The position numbers were made by a program, and so were the translations under genes. A stretch of 64,000 nt of DNA from Trueperaceae bacterium. Lineage in GTDB: Bacteria; Deinococcota; Deinococci; Deinococcales; Trueperaceae. The notes beneath the pieces were generated by a model that did not search any database, was not told the DNA's origin, and saw only the letters and a program-made list of their open reading frames with translations. Numbering within the stretch: position 1 is the stretch's first letter; each line of letters begins with the position of its first letter. Below, one piece after another: positions 46,125 to 57,729 of the stretch. The stretch spans positions 640,001-704,000 of the forward strand of contig JAXHNB010000005.1 of NCBI GenBank assembly GCA_034520945.1, written 5' to 3'.

Positions 46125-46943
46125 GTGAGCGAACTGACGTCGATGCTGGACCTGGCGACCGACCTGGCCGTTCGGGCCGGCCGCCTGACGCTGGGGCATT
46201 TCCGGGTCGGCACGCGGCCCGAGATGAAGCCCGACGACACGCCCGTTACCGCGGCGGACCGTGAGGCCGAGACGCTGATCCGGCACGAGATCGAGCGGCG
46301 GCATCCAGGGCACGCCGTGGCCGGCGAGGAGTTCGGCCGCACCGAGGGCACCGAGGCGTGGCGCTGGTGGATCGACCCGATCGACGGCACCAAGGCGTTC
46401 GTGCGGGGCGTGCCGCTGTACGGCGTGCTGATCGGGATCGAGCGCGACGGTGAAATGGTCGCCGGCGTCGCCGAGTTCCCGGCGCTGGGGGAGACCCTCG
46501 CCGCCGCGCGCGGCGAGGGGTGCCGGCTGAACGGCCGGCGCTGTCACGTCTCTGGCGTGGACGACCTGCGGCGGGCCGTCGTCAGCACCACCGACGCCGG
46601 GACGTTCGCGTCGCTGGGCAAGGAGGCGGCCTGGCGCCGGGTGATGGACGCCACCTGGGTGCGGGCCGGATGGGGCGACGCGTACGGGCACGCCCTGGTC
46701 GCCAGCGGCCGCATCGAGGCGATGCTGGATCCCGCCATGCACCCGTGGGACGCGGGTCCGTTGCCGGTGCTGCTGGCCGAGGCGGGCGGGTCGTACGGGG
46801 ACTGGCAGGGGCGTGACACCATCCACGGCGAGGACGGCGTCAGCGTCAACGCGGCGCTGCGGCGCGACGTGTTGAACCTGCTGGCCGGCGGTGGCGTGCA
46901 GGTCACGGACGTAGGGGGCGGCGCGGGTACACTTTTCAAGTGA
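46125..46943 (+). CDS. hisN: Inositol-monophosphatase family, probable histidinol-phosphatase
   Basis: [28 protein letters not shown]. Confidence 0.78.
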   Translation: MSELTSMLDLATDLAVRAGRLTLGHFRVGTRPEMKPDDTPVTAADREAETLIRHEIERRHPGHAVAGEEFGRTEGTEAWRWWIDPIDGTKAFVRGVPLYGVLIGIERDGEMVAGVAEFPALGETLAAARGEGCRLNGRRCHVSGVDDLRRAVVSTTDAGTFASLGKEAAWRRVMDATWVRAGWGDAYGHALVASGRIEAMLDPAMHPWDAGPLPVLLAEAGGSYGDWQGRDTIHGEDGVSVNAALRRDVLNLLAGGGVQVTDVGGGAGTLFK

Positions 46944-48166
46944 CCGCCTTTCCGCGCCGCCAGACCGTCACCGTGTGGGTCGGATCCGTGCCGATCGGCT
47001 CGCGGCACGAGGTCGTGGTGCAGTCGATGACCAACACCGACACGTCCGACGTGCAGGGAACGGCCCGGCAGGTGGCGGCCCTGCACCGGGCTGGCAGCGA
47101 GCTGGTGCGGATCACCGTCAACGACGAGCGCGCCGCGCGGGCCGTGCCCGAGATCGCGGAGGTCCTGCGGCAGCACGGCCTGGACGTGCCGTTGGTGGGG
47201 GACTTCCACTACAACGGCCATCAGCTGCTGACGCGCGTGCCGGAGGCCGCCGCCGCGCTGGACAAGTACCGCATCAACCCGGGCAACGTCGGGGTCGGCG
47301 CGCGCCACGACGACAACTTCCGGCGCATCGTGGAGGTCGCGATCGCGCACGGCAAGCCGGTGCGGATCGGCGTGAACTGGGGCAGCCTGGATCAGGACCT
47401 GCTGACGCGCCTGATGGACGAGAACGCTCGCAGCGACGCGCCAGCAGACGCGCACGAGGTGACGCTGCGGGCCATGGTCCGCTCCGCGCTCGGCTCGGCC
47501 GAACGGGCGGAGGAGATCGGCCTGCCCCATGACGCCATCGTGCTGTCCGCCAAGGTGAGTCGCGCCCGTGACCTGTGGGAGGTGTCCCGGCGCTTGGCGG
47601 CCGCCTGCGACTACCCGCTGCACCTCGGCCTGACGGAGGCCGGCATGGGCGCGAAGGGCGCCGTATCGTCCACCGCGGGCCTGGCCCCCCTGCTGGCCGA
47701 GGGGATCGGGGACACCATCCGCGTGTCGTTGACGCCCGACCCCGGCGCCCCGCGCGAACGCGAGGTCGAGATCGCGCAGGAGATCCTGGGCACGCTGGGG
47801 ATCCGTCGCTTCGCCCCCTCCGTCAGCGCCTGCCCCGGCTGCGGCCGCACCACCAGCACGCTGTTCCAGGAGATGGCGCGCGACATCGACGCCTACCTCA
47901 AGGCGCAGATGCCCATGTGGCGCGAGCGCTACCCCGGGGTGGAGAACATGAACGTCGCCGTGATGGGCTGCGTCGTGAACGGCCCGGGCGAGTCCAAGCA
48001 CGCCGACATCGGCATCAGCCTGCCGGGCACCGGCGAGCATCCCCGCGCGCCGGTGTACCGCGACGGCCAGCTGGTAGGCACCCTGCAGGGCGACGGTCCG
48101 ACCATCGCCGCCGAGTTCAACCGCATGGTCGAGCGCTACGTGAATGATCGCTACGCCCCCGACTGA
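46940..48166 (+). CDS. ispG: HMBPP synthase (GcpE)
   Basis: [41 protein letters not shown]. Confidence 0.97.
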   Translation: MTAFPRRQTVTVWVGSVPIGSRHEVVVQSMTNTDTSDVQGTARQVAALHRAGSELVRITVNDERAARAVPEIAEVLRQHGLDVPLVGDFHYNGHQLLTRVPEAAAALDKYRINPGNVGVGARHDDNFRRIVEVAIAHGKPVRIGVNWGSLDQDLLTRLMDENARSDAPADAHEVTLRAMVRSALGSAERAEEIGLPHDAIVLSAKVSRARDLWEVSRRLAAACDYPLHLGLTEAGMGAKGAVSSTAGLAPLLAEGIGDTIRVSLTPDPGAPREREVEIAQEILGTLGIRRFAPSVSACPGCGRTTSTLFQEMARDIDAYLKAQMPMWRERYPGVENMNVAVMGCVVNGPGESKHADIGISLPGTGEHPRAPVYRDGQLVGTLQGDGPTIAAEFNRMVERYVNDRYAPD

Positions 48167-48173
48167 GCGTGCG

Positions 48174-49262
48174 TCACCCTTCCGACCCCGCCGTGCGGGG
48201 GGTGCCCTGCAGGCCGTGCACGTGCAGGGTCTGCGTCGGGAACGCGAACTCGATGCCGCGCTCCGTGAAGGCCCGGACCAACGCCAGGTTGATGGTCTGC
48301 TGCGTGTCCATGAACGCGGTGTAGTCCGGGTCCAACATCCAGTACACCACCTCGAAGTCCAGCGAGGAGGGGCCGAACCCCTTGAGATGGGCGCGATCGA
48401 AGCGCACCGACGCCTGCTGCTCCACGATGTCGCGAACCACGCCGGGAATCTCGGCCAGAACGTCGTGCGGCGTGTCGTAGACCACGCCCAGCGAGAACAC
48501 CACGCGGCGTTCCTGCATGCGCTTGTAGTTCCGTATCCGGCTGGTCAGCAGGTCGTTGTTGGCGAACACCAGCTGCTCGCCCGACAGGCTTCGCACGCGG
48601 GTGGTGCGCAGGCCCACGTTCTCGACCGTGCCGGCCAGGTCGTCCACCACGATGAAGTCGTCGATCTCGAACGGCTTGTCCAGCACGATCGATAGGCTGG
48701 CGAACAGGTCGGACAGGATGTTCTGCAGCGCCAAGCCGATGGCGACGGCGCCGATGCCGACCCCGGCCAGCAGGGCGGTGATGTCGATCCCCAGGTTGTC
48801 CAGCGCCAACAGGATCAGGACCGAGAACAGCGTCAGCCGCCCCAGGAAGGTCAGCGCCGCCAGCGTGGTGCGCCGCGCCCCGTCCACCCCGTCCTCCGTG
48901 CGGTAGTGACGCACGGCGACCTGGATCGAGCGGTTGCCCCACATGCCGCCCTGCAGGATCAGCAGCAGCGTGATGGCGGTGTCCAGCCAACCGCCGAGTC
49001 CGGAGGGGAGCTCCAGCAGCTGCGACCCCAGCCACAGGCCGAGCCCTGCCAACACCGGCGTCCACACGTTGGACACCAGGTCGGACAGCAGATCGTCGAC
49101 GATGTTGCGGGTCCGCCCCACCATGTGGCGCAGGCGCCGCCGCCCGAGCTCCCGTGCAGAGCGAAGCGCGACCGTCGCCACCAGGGCCACGAGCGCGAAC
49201 AGGATCCAGCGCAGGGCGGAGTTCCCGAACAGGGTGGTGTCGGTGAGCCAGCCGAGGTCCAT
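48174..49262 (-). CDS. mscS: Small-conductance mechanosensitive channel
   Basis: GVGIGAVAIGLALQ, DKPFEIDD, GTVENVGLRTT, FAFP. Confidence 0.9.
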   Translation of the reverse strand: MDLGWLTDTTLFGNSALRWILFALVALVATVALRSARELGRRRLRHMVGRTRNIVDDLLSDLVSNVWTPVLAGLGLWLGSQLLELPSGLGGWLDTAITLLLILQGGMWGNRSIQVAVRHYRTEDGVDGARRTTLAALTFLGRLTLFSVLILLALDNLGIDITALLAGVGIGAVAIGLALQNILSDLFASLSIVLDKPFEIDDFIVVDDLAGTVENVGLRTTRVRSLSGEQLVFANNDLLTSRIRNYKRMQERRVVFSLGVVYDTPHDVLAEIPGVVRDIVEQQASVRFDRAHLKGFGPSSLDFEVVYWMLDPDYTAFMDTQQTINLALVRAFTERGIEFAFPTQTLHVHGLQGTPRTAGSEG

Positions 49263-49327
49263 GGCGGGCACGATACCGGACGCCGTGCGCGGCGGTCGCG
49301 CCGTGCGCGGGGCGATATCCTTCAGTC

Positions 49328-49894
49328 ATGAAGATCTACACGCGGACCGGAGACGTCGGAGAAACCTCGCTGTTCGGGGGGGAGCGGACCCCCAAGCACG
49401 CCGCCCGTGTACGTGCCTACGGGACGGTGGACGAGGCCAACGCCCACCTCGGCATGGCACGCGCCCACGTGGACGACGTCGAGCTGGACGTACGCTTGGC
49501 CCGCCTTCAGAACGCGCTCTTCGACCTCGGTGCGGACCTAGCGACGCCGGAGGACAGTCCGCTACGCGCCCGCCTGGCGCTCCTGGACGCGGACGACGTG
49601 GCGGAGTTGGAGGCGTGGATCGATGAGGCGGAGGCCGACCTGGAACCCCTCCGACAGTTCATCCTGCCCGGCGGGCATCAGGGAAGCGCCGCGCTGCAGG
49701 TCGCGCGCGCCGTGGTGCGCCGCGCCGAGCGGGACGTCGCCCTGCTGGCGGAGGAGGCGACCCTCAACCCCCACGTGCTGGCCTACCTGAACCGTCTCTC
49801 GGACCTGCTGTTCGTGCTGGCGCGCGCCGTGAACGCGCGCCACGGCGTCAGCGAGTCCCGCTGGCGGGTAGCGAGCCGGTTGCGTCGCGCCTGA
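49328..49894 (+). CDS. PduO-type ATP:cob(I)alamin adenosyltransferase
   Basis: KIYTRTGD.GET, AYGTVDEAN, FILPGG, RRAER, YLNRLSD. Confidence 0.93.
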   Translation: MKIYTRTGDVGETSLFGGERTPKHAARVRAYGTVDEANAHLGMARAHVDDVELDVRLARLQNALFDLGADLATPEDSPLRARLALLDADDVAELEAWIDEAEADLEPLRQFILPGGHQGSAALQVARAVVRRAERDVALLAEEATLNPHVLAYLNRLSDLLFVLARAVNARHGVSESRWRVASRLRRA

Positions 49895-51008
49895 GCGCGC
49901 CCACCGGACGTTCCGCGGACCGGAGCGACGCCAGGTCAGGCAGGCCGCGCGCCTCCAGCGCGGCCCCCAGGCCGCGCACGATGCGCCGCACCAGCCCGGG
50001 TCCCTCGTACACCATGCCGGTGTACACCTGCAGCAGGTCGGCGCCCGCCTCGAGGCGACGCACGGCCTCCTCGGGGCCGTCGATGCCGCCCACCGACACC
50101 ACCGGAAGCCGCGTCGCCGCCCGAACCACCCGCAGGGCGCTGCGCGCGCGGGGCGCGAGCGGCCGCCCCGACAGGCCGCCCGCCTCGCCGGGGTCGCGCC
50201 GCAGGCCGGCCCGCGCCACGGTGGTGTTCACGACGATCACGCCCGCGGCGCCGGCCGCCTCCACCCGCCTCGTCGCCTCCCGCAACGCCGCGTCGCTCAG
50301 GTCAGGGGCCAGCTTGACCAGGAGCGGCACGCCTTCCGCGGCGTGCGTCAGTGTCCGCACCAGGGCCTCGAGCCGCTCGCCGTCCTGCAACGCCCGCAGC
50401 TGCGGCGTGTTGGGGGAGGACACGTTGACGACCAGGTAGTCCGCGAACGACGCCAACGTCCGCAACGACGCCAGGTAGTCCTCCGTCGCCTCATCCAGCG
50501 CGGCCGCACGGCTCTTGCCCAGGTTGACGCCGATGGGCACCGCCGGCCACGCCCCCACCTGCCGCCAGGCACGGAGCCTGGCCGCCACCCCGGCAGCCCC
50601 TTCGCTGGCGAAGCCGATCCGGTTCACGATCGCGCGGTCGGCCGGCAGGCGGAACACGCGCGGGCGGGGGTTGCCCGGCTGGGGCTGGGCGGTGATCGTC
50701 CCCACCTCGACGTGCCCGAAGCCGAGCGCCGTCCAGGCCGGCAGGGCGGTGCCGTCCTTGTCCATTCCAGCGGCCAAACCGACGGGATGGGGGAAGGTTC
50801 GCCCCAGTGCGCGCACCTGCAGGCGCGGATCGAACACCGGCGCCGTGGCGGCCAGCGCCGCGCGGAGCGGCCCCACCCGCGACACGGCGTTCAGCGTCCC
50901 CAGCGCCAGTCCGTGGGCACGCTCGGGATCCAGTCGGAACAGCAGGGGGCGCAGCAGGCGGTACGGCGTCCACGCCGCATCGTCCGCCCCGCGCCCGGGC
51001 GTGCTCAA
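49848..51008 (-). CDS. pyrD: Dihydroorotate dehydrogenase (quinone), class 2
   Basis: GLAAGMDK, GNPRPRVFR, VNVSSPNT, VKLAPD, GGLSG, QVYTG; start approximate (TTGA overlap). Confidence 0.93.
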   Translation of the reverse strand: MSTPGRGADDAAWTPYRLLRPLLFRLDPERAHGLALGTLNAVSRVGPLRAALAATAPVFDPRLQVRALGRTFPHPVGLAAGMDKDGTALPAWTALGFGHVEVGTITAQPQPGNPRPRVFRLPADRAIVNRIGFASEGAAGVAARLRAWRQVGAWPAVPIGVNLGKSRAAALDEATEDYLASLRTLASFADYLVVNVSSPNTPQLRALQDGERLEALVRTLTHAAEGVPLLVKLAPDLSDAALREATRRVEAAGAAGVIVVNTTVARAGLRRDPGEAGGLSGRPLAPRARSALRVVRAATRLPVVSVGGIDGPEEAVRRLEAGADLLQVYTGMVYEGPGLVRRIVRGLGAALEARGLPDLASLRSAERPVGALRRDATGSLPASGTR

Positions 51009-51724
51009 CGGGCGGACGGCGGCATGCTGGGACGGACCTCGATCTTGGACGGCAGCGTGCGGGCCGGCGTCTCGAGCAGGTGGCGCACCATGCCCCCCAG
51101 ATCCTCGGGCTGGATCTTCCAGGCGTCCTGGTCGCTCGGCGCGCTCCCCGAGAAGTGCGTCGCGACCGAGCCCGGCATGATCACGGTGCTGCGGATGCCG
51201 TACGTGCGGAGGTCCAGCATCACCGCTTGGGTGAAGCCCGTCACCGCGAACTTGCTGGCGTTGTAGGCGGCCCCGCCGGGGAAGAAGTTGGTGCCCGCCA
51301 ACGAGCCGATGGTGACGAAGTAGCCCTTCGACGCCTTCAACGCCTCCACGGCCGCCTTGATGCTGTAGTACACGCCGGTGACGTTGGTGTCGATGATGCG
51401 CTGCCAGTCGTCCGGCGCCAGCTCCTCGATGCTGGCGAAGTGCCCCACGCCCGCATTCGCGATCAGCGCGTCCAGGCGACCGAAGCGCTCGACCGTCGCG
51501 GCGACCGTGCCGCGCTGCTGCGCCAGGTCCCGGACGTCGCACACCAGGCCCAGCGCCCGTCCGCCGCCGCGGGCGACCAACGACGCCTCCGCGTCGCGCA
51601 CGTCCGACTCGGTGCGGGCGGTGATCGCCACGTCCATGCCGGCGTCGACCAGCGCCGCCGCCACGCCGTAGCCGATCCCCTTGCTGCCTCCAGTGACCAG
51701 TGCGGACTTTCCGTTTAGACTCAT
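51005..51724 (-). CDS. Classical SDR oxidoreductase
   Basis: TGGSKGIG, NAG, YNASK. Confidence 0.9.
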   Translation of the reverse strand: MSLNGKSALVTGGSKGIGYGVAAALVDAGMDVAITARTESDVRDAEASLVARGGGRALGLVCDVRDLAQQRGTVAATVERFGRLDALIANAGVGHFASIEELAPDDWQRIIDTNVTGVYYSIKAAVEALKASKGYFVTIGSLAGTNFFPGGAAYNASKFAVTGFTQAVMLDLRTYGIRSTVIMPGSVATHFSGSAPSDQDAWKIQPEDLGGMVRHLLETPARTLPSKIEVRPSMPPSAR

Positions 51725-51806
51725 GCGTGAACGCTAGCACGCGCGCTGCGTCTGCGGCGCGTTCCTGACGCCAAACCGGCCGGTTCGGCGCGTGGTAGCG
51801 TGCCGC

Positions 51807-52430
51807 GTGCGCCGCAGCCTTACGTTGATTCGCCATGGCCTCACCGACTGGAACGTCAGCGGACGATTCCAAGGACAGAGCGACCTGCCGCTCTCCGAGG
51901 CGGGCCGCCGGCAGGCACGCCGCCTGGCGCGCCGCACCATGCGGATGCGCAAGGCCGACGTGGTGGTGTCGAGCCCGCTGAGCCGCGCGTACGAGACGGC
52001 CACCATCGCGTTCCCGAACGCCGAGATCACGACCGATGCGCGCCTGATGGAGCTGAACTTCGGGATCTTCGAAGGCGGCACGCTGGAGGAGAACCGGCGC
52101 CGGCCGGAATGGGAGCGCTGGATCGCCGATCCGTTCGACAACGCCACCCCGTGCGGCGAGTCCTACCGCGACCTCCGCGAGCGTTCGGTGGCGTGGTTCG
52201 CCTCGCTGCCCGAAGGGCCCGGCGAGGTGGTGGCCATCACGCACAGCGGTACGATCCAAATGCTGTTGGCGTACGTCCTCGGCCTGGACCGCCCACGCTG
52301 GCGCAAGCGGATCTACCTGCGGCACAGCAGTGTGAGCCGGATCATCATGCAAGGCGAAGAGATGATCGTCGAACGCGTCAACGACACGAGGCACCTCGAC
52401 GAGGACGGGACCGATCCGTTTTGGGAGTGA
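51807..52430 (+). CDS. Histidine phosphatase (phosphoglycerate mutase family)
   Basis: RHG.T.WN, SSPLSRA.ETA, ELNFG, GES, THSG. Confidence 0.9.
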   Translation: MRRSLTLIRHGLTDWNVSGRFQGQSDLPLSEAGRRQARRLARRTMRMRKADVVVSSPLSRAYETATIAFPNAEITTDARLMELNFGIFEGGTLEENRRRPEWERWIADPFDNATPCGESYRDLRERSVAWFASLPEGPGEVVAITHSGTIQMLLAYVLGLDRPRWRKRIYLRHSSVSRIIMQGEEMIVERVNDTRHLDEDGTDPFWE

Positions 52431-53248
52431 GTCCCGCCGCCCCGTCCCGCCCAGCCGGCGCGCGCAGCGCGCCGGCGGCCGAACCGGCCGTGTTCCGCGT
52501 CGCGTTGCCCCACTACCAGGGCGACCTGGCCGGGCTGGCCCAGGCGCTTCGCAGCGGCGCGCTCACCCCGGCCCAGGTCGACCTGCGCGCCCTGGTGCGT
52601 GCCGCACTGGAATGGTTCGAGCGGGAGGCCGAACGCGACCTGAGTGATGCCAGCGTCGCGCTGCCCCAGGTGGCGCGGGTGGTCGAGCTCAAGGTGCGCC
52701 TGCTCCTGCCCCGGCCGCCCCGCGGCGCCGACGCGGAGGAGGACGACGTCGACGATGCGCTGCACGCCGTGGCCCTGCTGGAGGACCTGGAGGGCGCCAT
52801 CGGCTTCCTCCGCCGCCGCCGCGCCGAGCGGGCGGTGGTCGTCCCCGCGCAGGCGCCGCGCCCCTCCTTGCCGCGCCCGGAACGTCCGTTGGCGGCCACG
52901 GCGGAACGTTTGGCCGCGTTGGCGTCCCGCGTGCAGCGGCAGGGCTACTTCGAGTTGGTGCGGGAGCGGTTCACGCTGGAGGGCGCCATGCGCCGGCTCC
53001 GTCGCGCCTTGGCCCGGTGCGGCCGCGGCCCCCTGCGGCGGTTGCACCCCGCCCGGAGCTGGGGCGAGCGCACGGTGATCTTCGCCGGCATGCTGGAGTT
53101 GGTGCGGGACGGCCGGGTGCGGGCGCAGCAGGGGCGGACCTACGGCGAGATCGAGTTGGAGGTCGTGACGCCCCCCGACCCCCGCCTCGGCGCCGAGGGG
53201 GACGGGGGCGCCGACGAAAGCGCGGAGGAGCGCGGGGCGGTCGCCTGA
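52427..53248 (+). CDS. scpA: Segregation/condensation protein A-like
   Basis: ELKVRLLLP, FAGMLELVR, QQ..YGEI. Confidence 0.75.
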   Translation: MSPAAPSRPAGARSAPAAEPAVFRVALPHYQGDLAGLAQALRSGALTPAQVDLRALVRAALEWFEREAERDLSDASVALPQVARVVELKVRLLLPRPPRGADAEEDDVDDALHAVALLEDLEGAIGFLRRRRAERAVVVPAQAPRPSLPRPERPLAATAERLAALASRVQRQGYFELVRERFTLEGAMRRLRRALARCGRGPLRRLHPARSWGERTVIFAGMLELVRDGRVRAQQGRTYGEIELEVVTPPDPRLGAEGDGGADESAEERGAVA

Positions 53249-53272
53249 GGCCGTCGCGGCGGGCGCCGAGGC

Positions 53273-55081
53273 TCAGCCGGTCGCGACCTGCTTGGCCTCG
53301 CGCTTACGCTGGTGCGCGTCCAGCGTGCGCTTGCGCAGGCGCAGGTGCTTGGGCGTGACCTCCAGCAGTTCGTCCTGGGCCAAGTACTCCAGGCATGCCT
53401 CCAACGTCAGCAGCCGCGGGGGGCTCAACGTGATGTTGTCGTCGCTGCCCGACGCCCGGACGTTGGTGAGCTTCTTGTTCTTGCACACGTTCAGTTCGAT
53501 GTCGCTGGGGCGGTTGCTCTCGCCGATCACCATGCCCGGGTAGACCTCCGCGCCGGGCGCCACGAAGAAGGTGCCCCGGTCCTGCAGCTTGAACAGGGCG
53601 TACGCGAAGGCCTCGCCGGCCTCCATCGACACCAGCGAGCCGTTCCGGCGGGTGCGGATCGCGCTGCCCAGCGGCTCGTACCCGTCGAACACGTGGCTCA
53701 GCAGGCCGTCGCCGGCGGTGAGCGACAGAAACGTGCTGCGAATCCCGAACAGGCCGCGGCTGGGGGCCAGGAACTCGGCGCGGGCCCGCGTCTCGCCCTG
53801 CTCCAGGTCCACCAGCTTGCCGCGACGCTGGGTGATCAGCTCGATCACGCTGCCGAGCGTGTCGGCGGGGACTTCGGCGACGACCCGTTCGATCGGTTCG
53901 AGGTCACGGTCCCCCTCGCGCCTCAGCACCACCTCGGGGCGGGACACGCTGAACTCGTACCCCTCGCGCCGCATCTGCTCGATCAGGATCGAGAGGTGCA
54001 GCTCGCCCCGACCGGCGACGCGGTAGCTCTCGCCACCCAACGGCTCGACGCGGAGGGCGACGTTGGTGAGCTCCTCACGGACCAGCCGTTCCCCGATGTG
54101 CCGACTGGTGAGGAAGCGTCCGTCCCGGCCGGCGAACGGGCTGGTGTTGGGGAACACCGTGATGCTGACGGTGGGCGCGTCGATGGCGCGGACCGGCAGG
54201 CGCTCGGGTGCGTCCGGATCGGTGAGCGTGTCGCCGATCATCACGTCGGCGATGCCGGCCAGCGCCACGATGTCGCCGGCCAAGGCGTCCTCGGTCTCGT
54301 GCCGGCCGAGCCCGAGGTGCGTGTACACCTTGCCGATGCGGGCCCGCAGCTCCCGCCCGTCCGCAGCGAGGTGGAGGACCTCGTCACCGGGGCGCAGGCG
54401 GCCGCGCCGCAGGCGGCCGATGGCCAAGCGTCCCAGGTAGTCGTCGTAGTCGAGGTTGGCCACCTGAAGCAGCGTGGGGCCGGACGCGTCGTCCTCCGCG
54501 GTGGGGAGGTGCGACACGATCGTCTCGAACAGCGGGCCGAGATCATCGCCCGGCGTCTCGCCATCGCGCCAGGCGCGCCCGTCGCGGGCGATCGCGTGGA
54601 TGACGGGGAAGTCCAACTGCGCGTCGCTGGCGCCGAGCTCGACCATCAGATCGAAGGTCAGGTCCACCACCCGGTCGGGGCGGGCGTCGGGTCGGTCGAT
54701 CTTGTTCACGACCACGACGGGCTTCAGGCCCTGCGCCAGCGCCTTGCCCAGCACGAAGCGCGTCTGCGGCATGGGACCCTCCGCCGCGTCCACGAGTAGC
54801 AGCACGCCGTCGACCATGCCCAGGGCGCGCTCCACCTCACCGCCGAAATCGGCGTGGCCGGGCGTGTCCACGACGTTGATCTTTCGGTCGCGCCACATCA
54901 CGGCGGTGTTCTTGGAGAGGATGGTGATGCCGCGCTCCCGCTCGAGGGCGTTGGAGTCCATCACCCGCTCCGCCACCTCTTGGTTGGCACGAAAGATGTT
55001 CGACTGCCGCAGCATGCCGTCCACCAGAGTGGTCTTGCCGTGATCCACGTGGGCCACGATCGCGATGTTGTGATACTTCAT
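53273..55081 (-). CDS. typA: Translational GTPase TypA/BipA
   Basis: [43 protein letters not shown]. Confidence 0.97.
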   Translation of the reverse strand: MKYHNIAIVAHVDHGKTTLVDGMLRQSNIFRANQEVAERVMDSNALERERGITILSKNTAVMWRDRKINVVDTPGHADFGGEVERALGMVDGVLLLVDAAEGPMPQTRFVLGKALAQGLKPVVVVNKIDRPDARPDRVVDLTFDLMVELGASDAQLDFPVIHAIARDGRAWRDGETPGDDLGPLFETIVSHLPTAEDDASGPTLLQVANLDYDDYLGRLAIGRLRRGRLRPGDEVLHLAADGRELRARIGKVYTHLGLGRHETEDALAGDIVALAGIADVMIGDTLTDPDAPERLPVRAIDAPTVSITVFPNTSPFAGRDGRFLTSRHIGERLVREELTNVALRVEPLGGESYRVAGRGELHLSILIEQMRREGYEFSVSRPEVVLRREGDRDLEPIERVVAEVPADTLGSVIELITQRRGKLVDLEQGETRARAEFLAPSRGLFGIRSTFLSLTAGDGLLSHVFDGYEPLGSAIRTRRNGSLVSMEAGEAFAYALFKLQDRGTFFVAPGAEVYPGMVIGESNRPSDIELNVCKNKKLTNVRASGSDDNITLSPPRLLTLEACLEYLAQDELLEVTPKHLRLRKRTLDAHQRKREAKQVATG

Positions 55082-55273
55082 CCGGCCTGCCTTCCGGCGC
55101 GCCCGCGGCGCGTCCAAACACTAAGGCTAGCACCATGTTGCCCGTTTTCGGGTCGTCCGGCGACGCGGGCCCCCGTGCGACGCGTGGGCGACCGACTCGG
55201 GCGGGCGCCGCGGGTACCCTCCGGCCTGCGGGTCGGCGCCGCCCAGCGCCGACCCTGGGAGGACCGTGGAATC

Positions 55274-55534
55274 ATGAGCGACCGCACGTTGACGATCTAC
55301 ACCACGGGACGCTGCAGCGACTGCCAGGCCACCAAGATGGCCCTCGAACGGCTGGGCGTCCCCTACGAGGAAGTGAACATCGAAGAGGACCCAGGCGCCG
55401 CTGATTACGTGCTCGAGGTCAACGGCGGCCGCAGGAGCGTGCCGACGCTGGCCTTCGGCGACGACGCCGCCAGCCTGTCGAACTTCGACCGTAGGCGCCT
55501 CGACGCCTTCCTGGACCGTCACGACCTCCGCTGA
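55274..55534 (+). CDS. Glutaredoxin-like (NrdH/mycoredoxin-like) protein
   Basis: CSDC active site; NGG.RSVPT. Confidence 0.85.
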   Translation: MSDRTLTIYTTGRCSDCQATKMALERLGVPYEEVNIEEDPGAADYVLEVNGGRRSVPTLAFGDDAASLSNFDRRRLDAFLDRHDLR

Positions 55535-55583
55535 GGGGTGGGCCGCCGAGGCGCCGCCGGGGCGTCATGGTAGGCTTTTCGCC

Positions 55584-56369
55584 ATGACCGACGCGCACAC
55601 CCCGGCGTCAACGCGCACGCCCGGCCCGACGCACGACGCGGCAGGGGTCGAGGCGATGTTCGACGCCATCGCCCCCCGCTACGACCTGCTCAACGCCGTG
55701 CTCAGCGCGGGCATGGATCGGCGTTGGCGGGCGCAGGCGGTGGACGCGGCGCTCGCCAAGCGACCCGCGCGTCTGCTGGACGTGGCCACCGGGACCGGTG
55801 ACCTTGCGCTGGCGCTGGGCCGGGCCCTGCCGGGCGCCGAGGTGCGGGGCGTGGACGTGTCCGAGGTGATGCTGGCGCGCGGGCGCGACAAGGTGCGTCG
55901 GTCGGGCCGCGACATCACGTTGTCGCGCGCGGACGGGACGGACCTGCCGTTCGAGGACGCCGCGTTCGACGTGGTGACCATCGGGTACGGCCTTCGCAAC
56001 TTCCAGGATCTGAGTGCGGGCCTGCGGGAGTTCCGGCGCGTGCTCCGCCCCGGCGGGCGGCTGGTGGTGCTGGAGTTCCCCCCGCCGCCCCGCGGGTGGT
56101 TCGGGGCGGTGTTCCGCGCCTACTTCACGCGCGTCCTGCCGGCGATCGGCCGGCTCGTGTCCGGCCACGACGACGCATATTCGTATCTGCCTCAGAGCGT
56201 GATGGCGTTTCCGGCGCCGTCCGACCTGGCGGCCGGGATCTCGGCGGCGGATTTCGACGCCGTCACCTGGACGCCGCAGACGCTGGGCGTGTCCGCACTT
56301 CACGTCGCCGACGTGGACATGCAGGACGACGCCGCTCGCACCGGGAGCCTCCGGGAGGACGCCGCATGA
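55584..56369 (+). CDS. menG: Demethylmenaquinone methyltransferase (UbiE/MenG)
   Basis: MFDAIAPRYDLLN, LDVATGTGD, GLRN, YSYLPQS. Confidence 0.9.
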   Translation: MTDAHTPASTRTPGPTHDAAGVEAMFDAIAPRYDLLNAVLSAGMDRRWRAQAVDAALAKRPARLLDVATGTGDLALALGRALPGAEVRGVDVSEVMLARGRDKVRRSGRDITLSRADGTDLPFEDAAFDVVTIGYGLRNFQDLSAGLREFRRVLRPGGRLVVLEFPPPPRGWFGAVFRAYFTRVLPAIGRLVSGHDDAYSYLPQSVMAFPAPSDLAAGISAADFDAVTWTPQTLGVSALHVADVDMQDDAARTGSLREDAA

Positions 56370-56956
56370 CGCACAACCTCAGCGAGTTCGAGATCAACAC
56401 CGACGCGGCGCTGGTCGATCCCGATTGGGAGGCGTTCGTGGAGCATCACGACGCGCGCTACGGCCTGGCGATCCACCACCTGAAGAGCATGGTGAAGGGC
56501 CGCAGGTACGACAACGACGCGGTCAAGCTGCGCGTCGGGTCGAAAGGGTTCTACCTCCAGTCCAGGCGCTTTCCCGCCGCCTTCTTCGGCGGGACCGACC
56601 TTCCCGAGCAGGACTTCGTGAGCGAAGAGGAGGCCCGTGCCGTCGTGTGGGAGGCGACGGCCGCCTACCGCGCCGGCGAGGCGCAGTCCCTCACCTGCAT
56701 CTACGATGACGGTGATCCGCCCGAGGTGTTCTTCGGCTACCGGACCGGCGACACCGAGCGCTACGAGCTCGGCGAGCTCCAGGACGTGTTGCCGCTGCAC
56801 CTGCGGGTGATGGTGGACGCCCAGGTGCCCAGCGAGCTGGTCGGGGCCTCCCAGGGCATGCTGGTGTACCAGCGCACCGGCGACGGCCGCCACCTCGTGC
56901 TGCGTCGCGCCGGCCGGCAGCACCCCTACCAACCGTTGGGGACGCTGTCGTCCTGA
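56366..56956 (+). CDS. Hypothetical protein (196 aa)
   Basis: GGAGG SD, ATGA coupling to menG, typical high-GC codon usage. Confidence 0.75.
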   Translation: MTHNLSEFEINTDAALVDPDWEAFVEHHDARYGLAIHHLKSMVKGRRYDNDAVKLRVGSKGFYLQSRRFPAAFFGGTDLPEQDFVSEEEARAVVWEATAAYRAGEAQSLTCIYDDGDPPEVFFGYRTGDTERYELGELQDVLPLHLRVMVDAQVPSELVGASQGMLVYQRTGDGRHLVLRRAGRQHPYQPLGTLSS

Positions 56957-56969
56957 AGCGTCCCCGCGC

Positions 56970-57710
56970 GTGACGCCGCCCGTGCCGGACCCCGACGACG
57001 CGTACGACGCGGTGATCATCGGGGCCGGCGCGTGCGGCGCCGAGGCGGCCTGGCGTTTGGCGGGCCAGGGGCGCACCGTGGCGCTGGTGACGACCAGCCT
57101 GGACACGGTCTACGCCGCCCCCGCCGAACGGGCGCGGCCCGGCGGGCCCGCCGGCAGCCTGGCGGAGGCCGTGGCCGCCGACGTGCGGCCGGACGCGGAC
57201 GGCACGGTGTCGGCCTGGTCGCTGCACACCGCGGCCAAGTATCGGCTGGAGGGGCAGACCGGCGTCCACCTGCTGCAATCCAACGTGGAGGGCCTGATCA
57301 CCGAGGGCGGGCGGGCCACCGGCGTGCGGACCTGGGAGGGCGTCCCGCGCCGCGGCCGCGCCGTGGCCCTGTGCGCCGGCAGCTTCTTGCGGGCGCGCCT
57401 CCGCGTCGGCGAGGCGGAGGAACGGGCGGGCCGGCCGGGCGAGATGGCGTACGACGACCTGGCCGACGACCTGGCGGCACGCGGCGTGCGGATGGTGGCG
57501 GCGCGTCAGGTCGGGGGCGGCGCCGGGCCCGCGTGGGAGGTGCGGTTCGACCGCTTGGGCGAAGACGAACGCGCGGGCATGCACCTCGTCCGCATCCCGG
57601 GCGCGTTCGCGGCGGGCGTCTGCGCGCACGGTCCGCTGGACGTCGAAGCGGCCACGCACGACGGCATCGCCCTGGCCGACGCGGTGCACGCCTGGCTGGA
57701 GGCGACGTGA
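56970..57710 (+). CDS. Short GidA/MnmG-related FAD-binding protein
   Basis: IIGAG..G.EAA, AKYRLE, TWEG, GSFL, AGR.GE. Confidence 0.75.
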   Translation: MTPPVPDPDDAYDAVIIGAGACGAEAAWRLAGQGRTVALVTTSLDTVYAAPAERARPGGPAGSLAEAVAADVRPDADGTVSAWSLHTAAKYRLEGQTGVHLLQSNVEGLITEGGRATGVRTWEGVPRRGRAVALCAGSFLRARLRVGEAEERAGRPGEMAYDDLADDLAARGVRMVAARQVGGGAGPAWEVRFDRLGEDERAGMHLVRIPGAFAAGVCAHGPLDVEAATHDGIALADAVHAWLEAT

Positions 57711-57729
57711 CGCGCCGTGTGGCTCACGT

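Noticed and set aside
49848..49894. 47-bp convergent overlap of pyrD and the adenosyltransferase gene
   Set aside because: Short 3' overlaps are ordinary in GC-rich genomes.
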